Source of the DNA: Planctomycetota bacterium
Lineage (GTDB): Bacteria; Planctomycetota; SZUA-567; H5-PLA8
Direction: 5' to 3'
Length of the DNA stretch: 53,397 nt
Assembly: GCA_038227875.1 (NCBI GenBank)
Contig: JBBRPR010000057.1
Coordinates: forward strand, 1-53,397
The notes below the pieces were generated by a model. It was not told where the DNA came from. It did not search any database and saw only the letters and a list, made by a program, of their open reading frames with translations. How positions within the stretch are numbered: position 1 is the stretch's first letter; every line of letters starts with the position of its first letter. Below, piece by piece: positions 7,681-17,136 of this stretch. A program made the position numbers and the translations under genes.

Positions 7681-9921
7681 TCACGCGAGTCCAAACACGC
7701 GCAGCCGGTACAGCTCGCTCTCAAACGCGATCTCCGTCGTGTTCTTCGCCACGATCTTCTGTTTGGGGTCGAGCAGGTCGACAACCGTCGCGGCGCGCGG
7801 AAGCGTCAGCACGCGTTTTCCCGGGCGGTAGCTGCACCAGACCGAAAGCATGCGGCTGTTGAACCAGAACAGATCCGTCGTGTTCGAGAAAATGTGCACG
7901 CCGGCCAGCCGCGCGACTTCGCGGATCAGGATTCCCGGCAGCATCACCGTACCGGAATAGATCGACGTCCACGCTTTGAATTTTTTCAGCGCCAGGCCCG
8001 GATGCAATTCGACTCCGGCGTTTGCGCACGGATCAGCCTTCTTGTTAGCGGCCTCAAAAAACGGCGGCGCGTCCTCCGTGCCCGTGTAGCCCAGCACCGT
8101 GGCCTCCGGATCGTCGACGGCGAACAGCGGCGCGCAGGCGGTGATGGGCGGAAAGAGGTGGCGTTCGTGATAGCGCACCGGCGAACGGAGCTCCCGCGCA
8201 AACTGCCCGTACGCGTACGTGTCCGGCAGCGCCTGCTGCAACGGGTGTTCGCCGTCTGCGACATAAACAGTCGGCGCATGCCGCTGCTGGTGCGCGCGGA
8301 ATTGGAAGCCGGTCAGTGCTTCCATGTGTTTGACGGAAAGCGACTTCGCCTCTCCCGGAAAACCGAAACCGGCGCCCCAACCCCAGAGAATCGTGGCGCC
8401 ATTCCGCTTCAGTGAGTCGATCGCCTTGCGCGCAGCGGCGTCCGGCGCCGTCGCAAACGGAATGACGAAGAGCTTGTACTGATCGCGCGGAAAATCCGGA
8501 TGCGTCAAATCGTCGACGGCAAAGCCATCCCACGGCGCGCCGATGCGATTGAGTTCCTGAATGACTTCGCGGTGGCCGAGGTTCCTGCAGACGCGTCCGT
8601 TGTTCCGCATATAAGGGGCACTGTCGCGCTCCCAGATCACGGCGATCTGCGCGTTGGGCGTGCCGCCGTGCGAGAGATTCCAGGCGTCGAGCTTGATCAA
8701 CTGCTTGAACGTGTCGTGTTCCTGTTTCGACTTGTGCCAGCGGTATTGAAAATCCCACCACCACGCAAAGTTGCCGTTGGTGATGTTCTGGACGCCCTGG
8801 CGCAGCAGCATGCCGCAGTAATCGTCCATGTCGCGCACGCCGCCGCTCCAGTTGCCCTGCTTCAAGTGCGGCGGGCCCTGGTCTTCCTCGGCGATAAAGA
8901 TTTTCTTCCGCATGCGCAGGCTGCCGGTCAGCGTGTGGAGCGGCTGGGCATCCTTCGGTGCGCGGCATTCGTAGGGCGGGGGGCCGGCGAAGAAATCGAC
9001 GCTCGGATCGCTGCGCACTGGCAGATGTCCTTCGATCGAAAAGCTGTCGTCAATAATCGGCTCGTTGAAGAATCCGGCGAGCAGATCGGGCCGGTGCTTT
9101 TTCATCTCGCGCGGTCCGGCGAGCACCGTCGCGGTGTGGAATTCAAGAAAGAACGCGCGCGTGTCGAGGTAGCGCTGGTGGCCGGCCGGCTCGTAGAAAT
9201 CGCCGATGTCCGGCTCGGGTCGTTTCTGCTCGGGTTCAGGCGTCGCCTTTTCGAACGTGACGCGTTTGTTGCGCCAGGCATCGCGCAGTGAATTCACTTT
9301 GCGATACTTCGCCTGCAGAAATTTGCGGAACTCCACGAGGTAGCACGGCGCCGCTTCGGAAAGCACCCAGCGCGGATCCTTTTCGTAAACGTACCACTCC
9401 TGCGCGCCGCCGCCTTCGAACATCATTCCCGCGATGCGGTTTTTGCGCGGCAGCGCGTCGATGATTTCCAAATGGCGCTGCGTGTACCTGCGAATCTCGT
9501 CGCGCACGAGCGGACTGGAAAGCGCGTAGCGGATGCCTTCCTGGCGCATGTAATTTCCGCTCGGCGGCAGGTCGAGGACCTTTCCATCGGGGCCGTGGCA
9601 GACGTGGTCGGGATTGGCGTTTGCCCACTCGCGCGAGACGACAAAGTAGTTGCCGAAAATCAGGTAATGATTGTTACCCATGTCGAGCAACCGGTTGAGA
9701 TGCGTCTCCGTGCGCGCGCGGAATTTTGTCCACGTTTCGTCGGGATCCTGCAAGATGGAACAGACGATAATCCGGTGACCGTCATCCACGAAGCGCTGGA
9801 TGTAATCGTAGTCGGTGTGGAGGCGGTTGCGGTAGATGAACAGCGGCAGCAGTTCGCCCTGGGCGGTGATGCGCGGCACGCCATTGACGCGGGTGATCCT
9901 CGGGGAAGTGGGTCTTGGCAT
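7681..9921 (-). CDS. Beta-galactosidase-like (GH42-like) glycoside hydrolase with trimerisation-type domain
   Basis: FRKFLQAKYRKVNSLRDAW motif, AQIAVIW..S and YKLFVIPFA (GATase-like trimerisation domain), REVARLAGVHIF; GGGAG RBS; no signal peptide. Confidence 0.7.
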   Translation of the reverse strand: MPRPTSPRITRVNGVPRITAQGELLPLFIYRNRLHTDYDYIQRFVDDGHRIIVCSILQDPDETWTKFRARTETHLNRLLDMGNNHYLIFGNYFVVSREWANANPDHVCHGPDGKVLDLPPSGNYMRQEGIRYALSSPLVRDEIRRYTQRHLEIIDALPRKNRIAGMMFEGGGAQEWYVYEKDPRWVLSEAAPCYLVEFRKFLQAKYRKVNSLRDAWRNKRVTFEKATPEPEQKRPEPDIGDFYEPAGHQRYLDTRAFFLEFHTATVLAGPREMKKHRPDLLAGFFNEPIIDDSFSIEGHLPVRSDPSVDFFAGPPPYECRAPKDAQPLHTLTGSLRMRKKIFIAEEDQGPPHLKQGNWSGGVRDMDDYCGMLLRQGVQNITNGNFAWWWDFQYRWHKSKQEHDTFKQLIKLDAWNLSHGGTPNAQIAVIWERDSAPYMRNNGRVCRNLGHREVIQELNRIGAPWDGFAVDDLTHPDFPRDQYKLFVIPFATAPDAAARKAIDSLKRNGATILWGWGAGFGFPGEAKSLSVKHMEALTGFQFRAHQQRHAPTVYVADGEHPLQQALPDTYAYGQFARELRSPVRYHERHLFPPITACAPLFAVDDPEATVLGYTGTEDAPPFFEAANKKADPCANAGVELHPGLALKKFKAWTSIYSGTVMLPGILIREVARLAGVHIFSNTTDLFWFNSRMLSVWCSYRPGKRVLTLPRAATVVDLLDPKQKIVAKNTTEIAFESELYRLRVFGLA

Positions 9922-10035
9922 GATGCTCCCGGTTGTGCGTGAGTGGATTGGAACTCGATTGAGAATTCGTCTTTCTACTGCTAATGTAACGCGACAGTTT
10001 TACAAGCAATTCCCCTATTCTCCATGGGAGCGCGC

Positions 10036-11010
10036 ATGAAAATTCAGCGATTGTTTTTTCCGGACAAGGGCCGCTGCGAAGTTGAGGAAGTGCAGCTCGA
10101 CGAGAAGCTGGCGCCCGGCGAGGTCCTGCTGAAAGCGCGCAAGACGCTGATCAGCGCGGGCACGGAGCTTTCGATGTTCACGCGCACGCACCGCGGCTTC
10201 GACGAACCGGATTTCGGCTACGCGAAGTACCCGTGGAAGGCCGGTTACCTCGCGATCAGCGACGTGATCGACAGCACGTCCGAGATCAAGACCGGCACGC
10301 GCGTCTTTTCGATGAGCCACCACGCGACGTATTCAAAAGACAAAGTTGAAAACGTCGTCGTCGTGCCGGAAGGCCTGAGCGACGAGCACGCGTGTTTCTA
10401 CGGTCTGCTGAACATCTCGATGACCGCACCGCGCATCACGCCCGTCCGCGCTGGCGGCAACGTGGTGGTGATCGGGATGGGAATCGTCGGGAATCTCTGC
10501 GGGCAGCTTTACAATGCGTGCGGCGCCGGAGTCGTGGCTGGCGTGGATCTTTCCGACAAGCGTCTGGCCAAGGCCGCAGAGTGCGGCATCCAGAAGAGCT
10601 TCAACAGCGGCACCAAGCCGCTGAAGGAATGGGTGAAGGAACTCGGACCGCGCGGCGCGGAATACATCATCGAAGCGGTCGGAAATTCGCGCACGATCAA
10701 CGACGCGCTGAAATCCTGCGCTCCCCGCGGCTTCGTCGTGCTGCTCGGCAGTCCGCGCACGAAAATGGAGATCGATCCGTATTTCGACATCCACCGTCAC
10801 GCCATATCCGTCGTCGGTGCGCACGGCAACAACGTCGACGCCGCGACGCGCAAAGCCGACGCGCCTCTTCTAATGGAATGGCTGCGCTCCGGAAAAATCA
10901 AAGTCGCCCCGCTGATCACACAGCGAATGCACTTCACCGAAGGCTTGAAAGGCTACGAAGGCCTGCGGGATAAGACGGACGAGTACCTGGGCGTGATTCT
11001 GAACTACTAA
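10036..11010 (+). CDS. Medium-chain dehydrogenase/reductase (zinc-binding ADH superfamily, ISxGTE subtype)
   Basis: LISAGTEL, YPWKAGY, Rossmann VVVIGMGIVG, IIEAVG, VAPLITQ; GGAG RBS before ATG 10036. Confidence 0.88.
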   Translation: MKIQRLFFPDKGRCEVEEVQLDEKLAPGEVLLKARKTLISAGTELSMFTRTHRGFDEPDFGYAKYPWKAGYLAISDVIDSTSEIKTGTRVFSMSHHATYSKDKVENVVVVPEGLSDEHACFYGLLNISMTAPRITPVRAGGNVVVIGMGIVGNLCGQLYNACGAGVVAGVDLSDKRLAKAAECGIQKSFNSGTKPLKEWVKELGPRGAEYIIEAVGNSRTINDALKSCAPRGFVVLLGSPRTKMEIDPYFDIHRHAISVVGAHGNNVDAATRKADAPLLMEWLRSGKIKVAPLITQRMHFTEGLKGYEGLRDKTDEYLGVILNY

Positions 11011-11033
11011 GGGACAGAAAGCATTTTGATGGT

Positions 11034-11084
11034 GCACTGGCACGACCGATCCTGAGCGTAGCGAAGGATCGGCCTTGCCAGTGC
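11034..11084. repeat. REP-like hairpin
   Basis: CCGATCCT-GAGCGTAGCGA-AGGATCGG core with outer arms GCACTGGCA/TGCCAGTGC; resembles the widespread ATCCTGAGCGNAGCGAAGGAT-type palindromic repeats. Confidence 0.55.
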
Positions 11085-11252
11085 GATCGCGCTGTCAGCA
11101 CTATTCGATAACGTGTTCCACCGACTCCGTTCACCTCGGAAAGCGTCATCTGTCCTGATATGGCACTGGCACCAGTCCGCACGACTGCCTTCTGCCCATC
11201 GACCCTCAAGAATCTCTTGTCAACTTCGCGCAAATTCGCGACAATCGAACTC

Positions 11253-13400
11253 ATGAATGCTCTGCCTATCATGATCGGTGTGCTCTGCGTGCTGGCGATT
11301 GCGTATCGTTACTACAGCGCGTTTCTCGCGGCGAAGGTCGCGGTGCTCGACGACACGCGCGTCACGCCCGCGCATGAATTCAAGGACGGCCACAATTACC
11401 ACCCGACGAACAAGTGGGTGCTCTTCGGCCACCATTTCGCGGCCATCTCCGGCGCCGGCCCGTTGATTGGACCAGTGCTTGCCGCGCAGTTTGGTTATCT
11501 GCCGGGATTGCTCTGGCTGCTGATCGGGGTCTGTCTGGCCGGCGCGGTGCAGGATTTCCTGATTCTCGCGGCATCACTGCGGCATAAGGGACGCAGTCTC
11601 GCGCAGATCGCGCGTGAAGAGATCGGTCCGGTCAGCGGCGGTGCGGGAATCGCGGCGATCATCTTCATCACCATCGTGGCGCTGGCCAGTCTCGGCAGCG
11701 TCGTGGTCAAGGCGCTCAGCGGCGAGGAAGTTGCCGTCAATGCCGGCAGCCGGATTGTGCTCTCTGAGAAAGCTCAAGCGTTCGGCGAGCACGGCGAGAT
11801 CGTCAAGATTCCAGCGAAGACACGGTTGGCGATTCCGTCGGAAGTAAAGTCGGTGGCCGAAGGTCCCGCGCGCGTCGTCTACAAGGAATTTCCGCTCACG
11901 TTCGCTCAAGAAGTGACGTTCGTTGACCCGGCCGACCAGCAACACGTTCTCGCCGCGGAACCCGGCGTCGAGGTGCAACTCGCCAAGCCCGCCAAGCTCT
12001 CGATCCCGGGAAGTTCGTGGGGCATTTTCACGCTCGCGACCTCAATCCCGATCGCGCTGTTCATGGGATTGTGGATGTACGTGCTGCGCAAGAATTCGCC
12101 GACGCGCATCGTCGAAGCCTCCGTCATCGGCGTGATCTTGATGCTCACCTGCGTCCAATTGGGCCACTACGTTCCCGGCACGGGCCTGGGCGATCTGCTG
12201 AATTTGAACCGGCGGCAAGTCATTGTGGCGATGGCCGTCTACGGTTTCGTCGCGTCCGTGCTGCCGGTCTGGCTGCTGCTCTGCCCGCGTGATTACTTGT
12301 CGAGCTATTTGAAAATCGGCACGATCGCATCGCTGGTGATCGGCGTGATCATTGTTAATCCGAAACTGGAGATGCCGTACTTCGTCTCTGCGTTTGCGCA
12401 CGGCGGCGGTCCGAACGTGCAGGGCGCGATCTTTCCGTTTCTCTTCATCACGATCATGTGCGGCTCGATTTCCGGCTTCCATGCGCTCGTCTCCAGCGGA
12501 ACGACGCCGAAAATGATCGATAAGGAATCCAACGCGCGCATGATTGGCTACGGCGCGATGCTGATGGAAGGTCTCGTCGGCATTGTCGCCATGATCGCCG
12601 CGTGCAGCCTGGCGCCGGCCGATTACTACGCCATCCAGATCCCCATGGACAAGCAGGCCGGCTACGAAGAAAAAGTGCGCGGCATCCGCGGCATCGATGG
12701 CGATCACGACAACCTGAGCGTCTACGAATTTCAGGTCGGCGAAAATCTGCGCGGCCGAACCGGCGGCGCGGTGACGCTGGCGGTGGGCATGAGTAAGATT
12801 TTTGGCGGGTTCTCGTTCTTCGAAAAACTGATCGGCTACTGGTACCACTTTGCGATCATGTTCGAAGCGCTGTTCATTCTCACGACCATCGATACCGGCA
12901 CGCGTATCGGGCGCTTCCTCGTTCAGGAAGTGATGGGAAAAATCAAACCGGAGCTGGGCCGTGTCGACTGGTGGCCGGGCGCGATTTTCTCCACATTAAT
13001 CATCGTCTTCTGCTGGTCGGCGCTGCTGTGGAACAATGACGTGATGACCATCTGGGGCATGTTCGGCATCGCCAATCAACTCCTGGCCGTGGTGGCGCTG
13101 TGTGTGGCGACGACCGTGATGATCAACGCCGGCCGCGCGAGGTACGCGGCGGTGACGGGACTGCCGCTGCTCTTCTGCGTCAGCACCACGATGACGGCCG
13201 GCATCATTCAGATTCAGAATTTCTACGGCAAAGCGCAGACCTCGGCCGTGCCCAAGGAAGTGAATAGTGCGTGGCTGAATCTGGTGCTGATCGCGATCAT
13301 GCTCGCCTGCGTCGTCGGCGTACTCGCCGATTCGGTGCGCGCGTGGCTGCATCCCAAGCACAGCGTCGCGTCCGCCGCAATTCCCGCCGCGGGAAACTGA
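11253..13400 (+). CDS. cstA: Carbon starvation protein A (peptide/pyruvate transporter) with a ~97-aa soluble insertion
   Basis: VLFGHHFAAISGAGPLIGP, PRDYLS, FITIMCGSISGFH, SSGTTPKM, MFEALFILTTIDTGTR, FGIANQLL. Confidence 0.95.
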   Translation: MNALPIMIGVLCVLAIAYRYYSAFLAAKVAVLDDTRVTPAHEFKDGHNYHPTNKWVLFGHHFAAISGAGPLIGPVLAAQFGYLPGLLWLLIGVCLAGAVQDFLILAASLRHKGRSLAQIAREEIGPVSGGAGIAAIIFITIVALASLGSVVVKALSGEEVAVNAGSRIVLSEKAQAFGEHGEIVKIPAKTRLAIPSEVKSVAEGPARVVYKEFPLTFAQEVTFVDPADQQHVLAAEPGVEVQLAKPAKLSIPGSSWGIFTLATSIPIALFMGLWMYVLRKNSPTRIVEASVIGVILMLTCVQLGHYVPGTGLGDLLNLNRRQVIVAMAVYGFVASVLPVWLLLCPRDYLSSYLKIGTIASLVIGVIIVNPKLEMPYFVSAFAHGGGPNVQGAIFPFLFITIMCGSISGFHALVSSGTTPKMIDKESNARMIGYGAMLMEGLVGIVAMIAACSLAPADYYAIQIPMDKQAGYEEKVRGIRGIDGDHDNLSVYEFQVGENLRGRTGGAVTLAVGMSKIFGGFSFFEKLIGYWYHFAIMFEALFILTTIDTGTRIGRFLVQEVMGKIKPELGRVDWWPGAIFSTLIIVFCWSALLWNNDVMTIWGMFGIANQLLAVVALCVATTVMINAGRARYAAVTGLPLLFCVSTTMTAGIIQIQNFYGKAQTSAVPKEVNSAWLNLVLIAIMLACVVGVLADSVRAWLHPKHSVASAAIPAAGN

Positions 13401-13513
13401 CGGCGAGTCAGTGATTCATTGCTAATTGTGAATTCCCTGAAAAGCGGATTGACCCACATACGCCAGCCTTTATTCCGATGGCAGCACACCGCGACTTTTC
13501 CCGAAAGGAAATC

Positions 13514-14845
13514 ATGAATCCCACGCGACAAAAACTGTTCACGATGCTGGTTCTGCTTTTCACCGTCACGTCCCTTCATGCGGAAGACTGGCCGCAATGG
13601 TTGGGCACGCAACGCGATTCGGTCTGGCGCGAGACAGGAATTCTGCAGAAGTTCCCCGAGGGCGGACCGAAAGTCGTCTGGCGCACGCCCATCGGCGGCG
13701 GTTACGCCGGCCCCGCGGTCGCGAACGGCAAGGTCTACGTCACCGACCGCCAGCTGCCCGAAGGCATCACCAATCCCGCGGATCCGTTTCTGCGCGGCGA
13801 TGTGCCGGGCAAGGAGCGGTTGCTCTGCCTCAACGCGGCCGACGGCAAGGAAATCTGGAAGTACGATTACGATTGCCGGTACACCGTCAGCTACCCTGTC
13901 GGTCCGCGCACCACGCCGGCCGTCGCGGGTGGCAAGGTCTACACGCTCGGCGCCGAAGGCAATCTCTTCTGTCTCGATGCGGAGAAGGGCGGGGTGCTCT
14001 GGTCGAAGGATTTAAAAAAGGAGTACAGCGCCAAGACACCGATGTGGGGTTTTTCGTCGAGTCTGCTGGTCGACGGCCAGAAAGTAATCGCGATGGTGGG
14101 CGGCGCCGGCAGCACGGTCGTCGCGTTCGATAAAGATACCGGCGCAGAAGTCTGGAAAGCGCTCTCGGGGGAAATCGGGTACAGCTCGCCGATCCTCTGC
14201 GAATTCGGCGGCAAGCGACAACTCGTCGTCTGGGACGGCACGGGCGTTCACGGCCTGGATCCGGAGACCGGGAAGTCCTATTGGGATGAAGCCTACCCCT
14301 CGAAAATGGCGATGGGGATCGCAACGCCGCGCAAGCTTGACAATCACCTGTTGGTCACCGGCTTCTTCAACGGTCCGATGATGCTGAAGCTCGACGCCGA
14401 CAAGCCCGCTGAAACCGTGCTGTGGAAAGGCAAGAGCAGCGATGAGACCAAGCCCGACAAACTTCACAGCGTCTTAAGCACGCCGTTCCTCGAAGACGGT
14501 TACATTTACGGCGTCTGCGGCTATGGCCAGTTGCGCTGCTTGAAAATCGAGACCGGCGAGCAGCTCTGGGAAACCTTCGCTGCGACCGGCGGCAAGGCCG
14601 AACGCTGGGCCAACGCGTTCCTGATCAAGAACGGCGACCGCTTCTTCCTACCCAATGAACAAGGCGATCTGATCATCGCCAAGCTCACGCCAAAGGGCTA
14701 CGAGGAGATCAGTCGCGCGCACATCATCGAGCCCACCGGGAAGGCCAACACCCACGCCATCGTCTGGTCGCACCCCGCCTTCGCCAACAAATGCATCTAC
14801 GCCCGAAACGACAAGGAAATCGTCTGCATCTCGCTGGCGGAATGA
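13514..14845 (+). CDS. Secreted PQQ-binding-like beta-propeller protein (BamB-like)
   Basis: Signal peptide ending LHA-EDWPQWLG; repeated CLDAEKG..LW motifs; WSHPAFANKCIYARND C-terminus; AAGGA RBS. Confidence 0.9.
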   Translation: MNPTRQKLFTMLVLLFTVTSLHAEDWPQWLGTQRDSVWRETGILQKFPEGGPKVVWRTPIGGGYAGPAVANGKVYVTDRQLPEGITNPADPFLRGDVPGKERLLCLNAADGKEIWKYDYDCRYTVSYPVGPRTTPAVAGGKVYTLGAEGNLFCLDAEKGGVLWSKDLKKEYSAKTPMWGFSSSLLVDGQKVIAMVGGAGSTVVAFDKDTGAEVWKALSGEIGYSSPILCEFGGKRQLVVWDGTGVHGLDPETGKSYWDEAYPSKMAMGIATPRKLDNHLLVTGFFNGPMMLKLDADKPAETVLWKGKSSDETKPDKLHSVLSTPFLEDGYIYGVCGYGQLRCLKIETGEQLWETFAATGGKAERWANAFLIKNGDRFFLPNEQGDLIIAKLTPKGYEEISRAHIIEPTGKANTHAIVWSHPAFANKCIYARNDKEIVCISLAE

Positions 14846-14913
14846 CGGAAGGACTGAGGGCCGAGGACTCAGGACTGAGGTTCCGGCGCGTCGCTTCGCT
14901 CTTTAAGTCTGGA

Positions 14914-14951
14914 AACAAAAACTCCCCGCGTAAATGCGGGGAGATTTTGTT
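14914..14951. terminator. Bidirectional intrinsic terminator between convergent genes
   Basis: AACAAAAACTCCCCGC-GTAAAT-GCGGGGAGATTTTGTT; flanked by AGGACTG-type heptamers (14850-14880) and their inverse (14951-14968). Confidence 0.8.
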
Positions 14952-14969
14952 CCTCAGTCTTTAGTCCTC

Positions 14970-15851
14970 TTAGTATTTCTTCTCTTCCGCGGCGGTGCCG
15001 CCGAGCAACTGGCGTTGCGCGGGGGTGGCTTGCCTGATCACTTCGGGATTGTAGTAGTGGCTGTACTGCATGGGCGGGTATTGCGTCGCCAGCATGGCAT
15101 GGCCGTATTCCAGCTGCATGATGTGGCGGCGCTCGCCGTTCTTGCTCGTGTTGGAATACGCGCCGTGCCAGAGGTCGAAGCGGAAAATGCAGGCATCGCC
15201 GGCTTTTACCATCGCGGCCTTCGGCGCTTTGCCTTTCCACGATGTATTTTTGCCGGGGGCGCCACCCGAGCGATGGCTGCCGGGGACCAGGATCGTCGGT
15301 CCGAGTTCCGGGACGAGATCGTCGAGATAAAACTGGCAGACGCAATTCAAGATCGGCACGCGGAGGCGCGGATCGCTGGCGATGTCTTCAGGCATGGCCA
15401 TGTGCTGGTAATCGACATGGATCGGCATTTTGCGGCCGGGACCGGTGACCCACATCGAGCCGGATTTGACGCGACAATTTTCGCCCAGCACCCCGCGCGC
15501 GATGTCGACGATGCCCGGGCGGTCGATGTAGCGCAGAAAATGCGGATCCTTGTGGTATTCGACGACCAGATGCTTGTTGAAGCACCAGCCGATGTTGGTG
15601 TGATCGTATTTCGCGTCCTCTTCGCCCTCGGTGTTCATCTTGTGTTTCAGTTCCGCGACTTCCTGAGCGTTCAGCACGCCCGGGATGACCGCGTAGCCTT
15701 CGGTGAACATCGACTCGATCGCCGCGTCCAGATCGAAATGATCCGGGTAGGGCAGGTTTTCCAGCGGACCATCGTAGACTGTTGATCCATTTTCTTTGCG
15801 GAATTGGCCATTGTTGATTTTGCGGGGCTCGGTCAGTGTGGCGGTCGACAT
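14970..15851 (-). CDS. Phytanoyl-CoA dioxygenase (PhyH) family Fe(II)/2-oxoglutarate oxygenase
   Basis: EGYAVIPGVL, canonical HxD (IHVDY), GPTILVPGSH, distal His LWHGA, Arg in ERRH; AAGGAG RBS. Confidence 0.9.
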   Translation of the reverse strand: MSTATLTEPRKINNGQFRKENGSTVYDGPLENLPYPDHFDLDAAIESMFTEGYAVIPGVLNAQEVAELKHKMNTEGEEDAKYDHTNIGWCFNKHLVVEYHKDPHFLRYIDRPGIVDIARGVLGENCRVKSGSMWVTGPGRKMPIHVDYQHMAMPEDIASDPRLRVPILNCVCQFYLDDLVPELGPTILVPGSHRSGGAPGKNTSWKGKAPKAAMVKAGDACIFRFDLWHGAYSNTSKNGERRHIMQLEYGHAMLATQYPPMQYSHYYNPEVIRQATPAQRQLLGGTAAEEKKY

Positions 15852-16056
15852 GGTTTCAGGCTCCTTGATGAATTATGCGTTAAATGGAAGATACAATATT
15901 AATACTCCTGGTAGGAATAGAGTTTGTGCCAATAAACATGTGATTTTTGATTGTCTCATTGCTGCGCTCGTGCACTTCGATGTTGCCCCCTGCTGGGCTT
16001 GAGTTTACGGTTGCGGGTACGTATATAATACACACCACAATTAGAGGTGGGACCCC

Positions 16057-16962
16057 ATGAACATTGCCGAAACTATCGCCGCCATCAAACCTCACCCGCG
16101 CTTCGCTGAGGCCGTCGCTTTCATCGACGCCGGGAACGTCGAAGGCTTGCGCGCGCTGCTTAAAGCCGAGCCCGGACTGATCACCGCGCGCGGAAATCTC
16201 GAGCCGCCGTACTACTACTTCACGGGCGCGACGCTGCTGCATTACGTCGCGGGCAATCCGTTTCGTGTGCCGCTGCCGAAGAACATCGTTGAGATCGCGG
16301 AGCTGTTGCTGCAGTCCGGCGCCGACCCGGAGGCCAGCACCATCGGCCCCAACTGCGGCACCACGATGGGCTTGGTCGTCACCAGTAAGCAGGCCAGCGA
16401 CGCCGGCGTCTCCGGCGCGCTGATTGACGTGCTGTTGAAGCATGGCGCGAAACTGGATCTGAAAAGCGCCGAGGCTTTGAGCCCCGCGCTGGCCAATCAC
16501 GCCCCGCGCGCCGCGGAGCGCATGATCGAACTGGGTGCCAAGGCCGGACTCTTCGCCGGCGCTGCGCTGGGGCGCATGGATCTGCTCCGCGCGTGCTTTG
16601 ATGGTACCGGCGCGCTCACGGCCGTGCCGGAGCGCCATGGCGCGGTCATGAGCAAGCGCGATGCGATCGGCCTGGCGCTGCTCTACGCGTACGTCAACAA
16701 GCGCCGCGCAGCGGTCGATTTTCTCTTCGAAAAAGACGGCAACTGGAACATGACCGGCGTCAACAACGGCACGGCGCTCCATCGCGCCGCCGGCGATGGC
16801 GACCTCGACATGGTTCGAAAACTGATCGCCAAAGGCGCCGACATCAACAACCGCGACAACCCGTTTCATTCCACGCCCTACGGGTGGGCGAAACACGGCA
16901 AGCAGGAAAATGTGCTCGCGTGGCTGCGCGCGAACTGCGCGATCGATCCGGGTGAGGTGTAA
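16057..16962 (+). CDS. Ankyrin repeat protein
   Basis: TLLHYVA, IAELLLQSGADP, GTALHRAAGDGDLDMVRKLIAKGADIN, TPYGWA. Confidence 0.9.
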   Translation: MNIAETIAAIKPHPRFAEAVAFIDAGNVEGLRALLKAEPGLITARGNLEPPYYYFTGATLLHYVAGNPFRVPLPKNIVEIAELLLQSGADPEASTIGPNCGTTMGLVVTSKQASDAGVSGALIDVLLKHGAKLDLKSAEALSPALANHAPRAAERMIELGAKAGLFAGAALGRMDLLRACFDGTGALTAVPERHGAVMSKRDAIGLALLYAYVNKRRAAVDFLFEKDGNWNMTGVNNGTALHRAAGDGDLDMVRKLIAKGADINNRDNPFHSTPYGWAKHGKQENVLAWLRANCAIDPGEV

Positions 16963-16965
16963 TGG

Positions 16966-17134
16966 AACGGATGGCATCGGGGATCGGGCATCAGGCATCG
17001 GTCAGAAGGAGTAGTCGAATTGCTGACTCCGAGCCGCCGGAATGGTTTTTCTCACGCAATGGCTAAGATCGATGCTTATATAAGAACAACCGAACTGACT
17101 GATGCCAGATGCCCGATCCCCGATGGCATCCGTT
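16966..17134. repeat. 40-bp inverted repeat built of GGCATCG-type heptamers around an 89-nt spacer
   Basis: 16966-17005 vs reverse complement of 17095-17134 match at 37/40. Confidence 0.85.
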
Positions 17135-17136
17135 AG

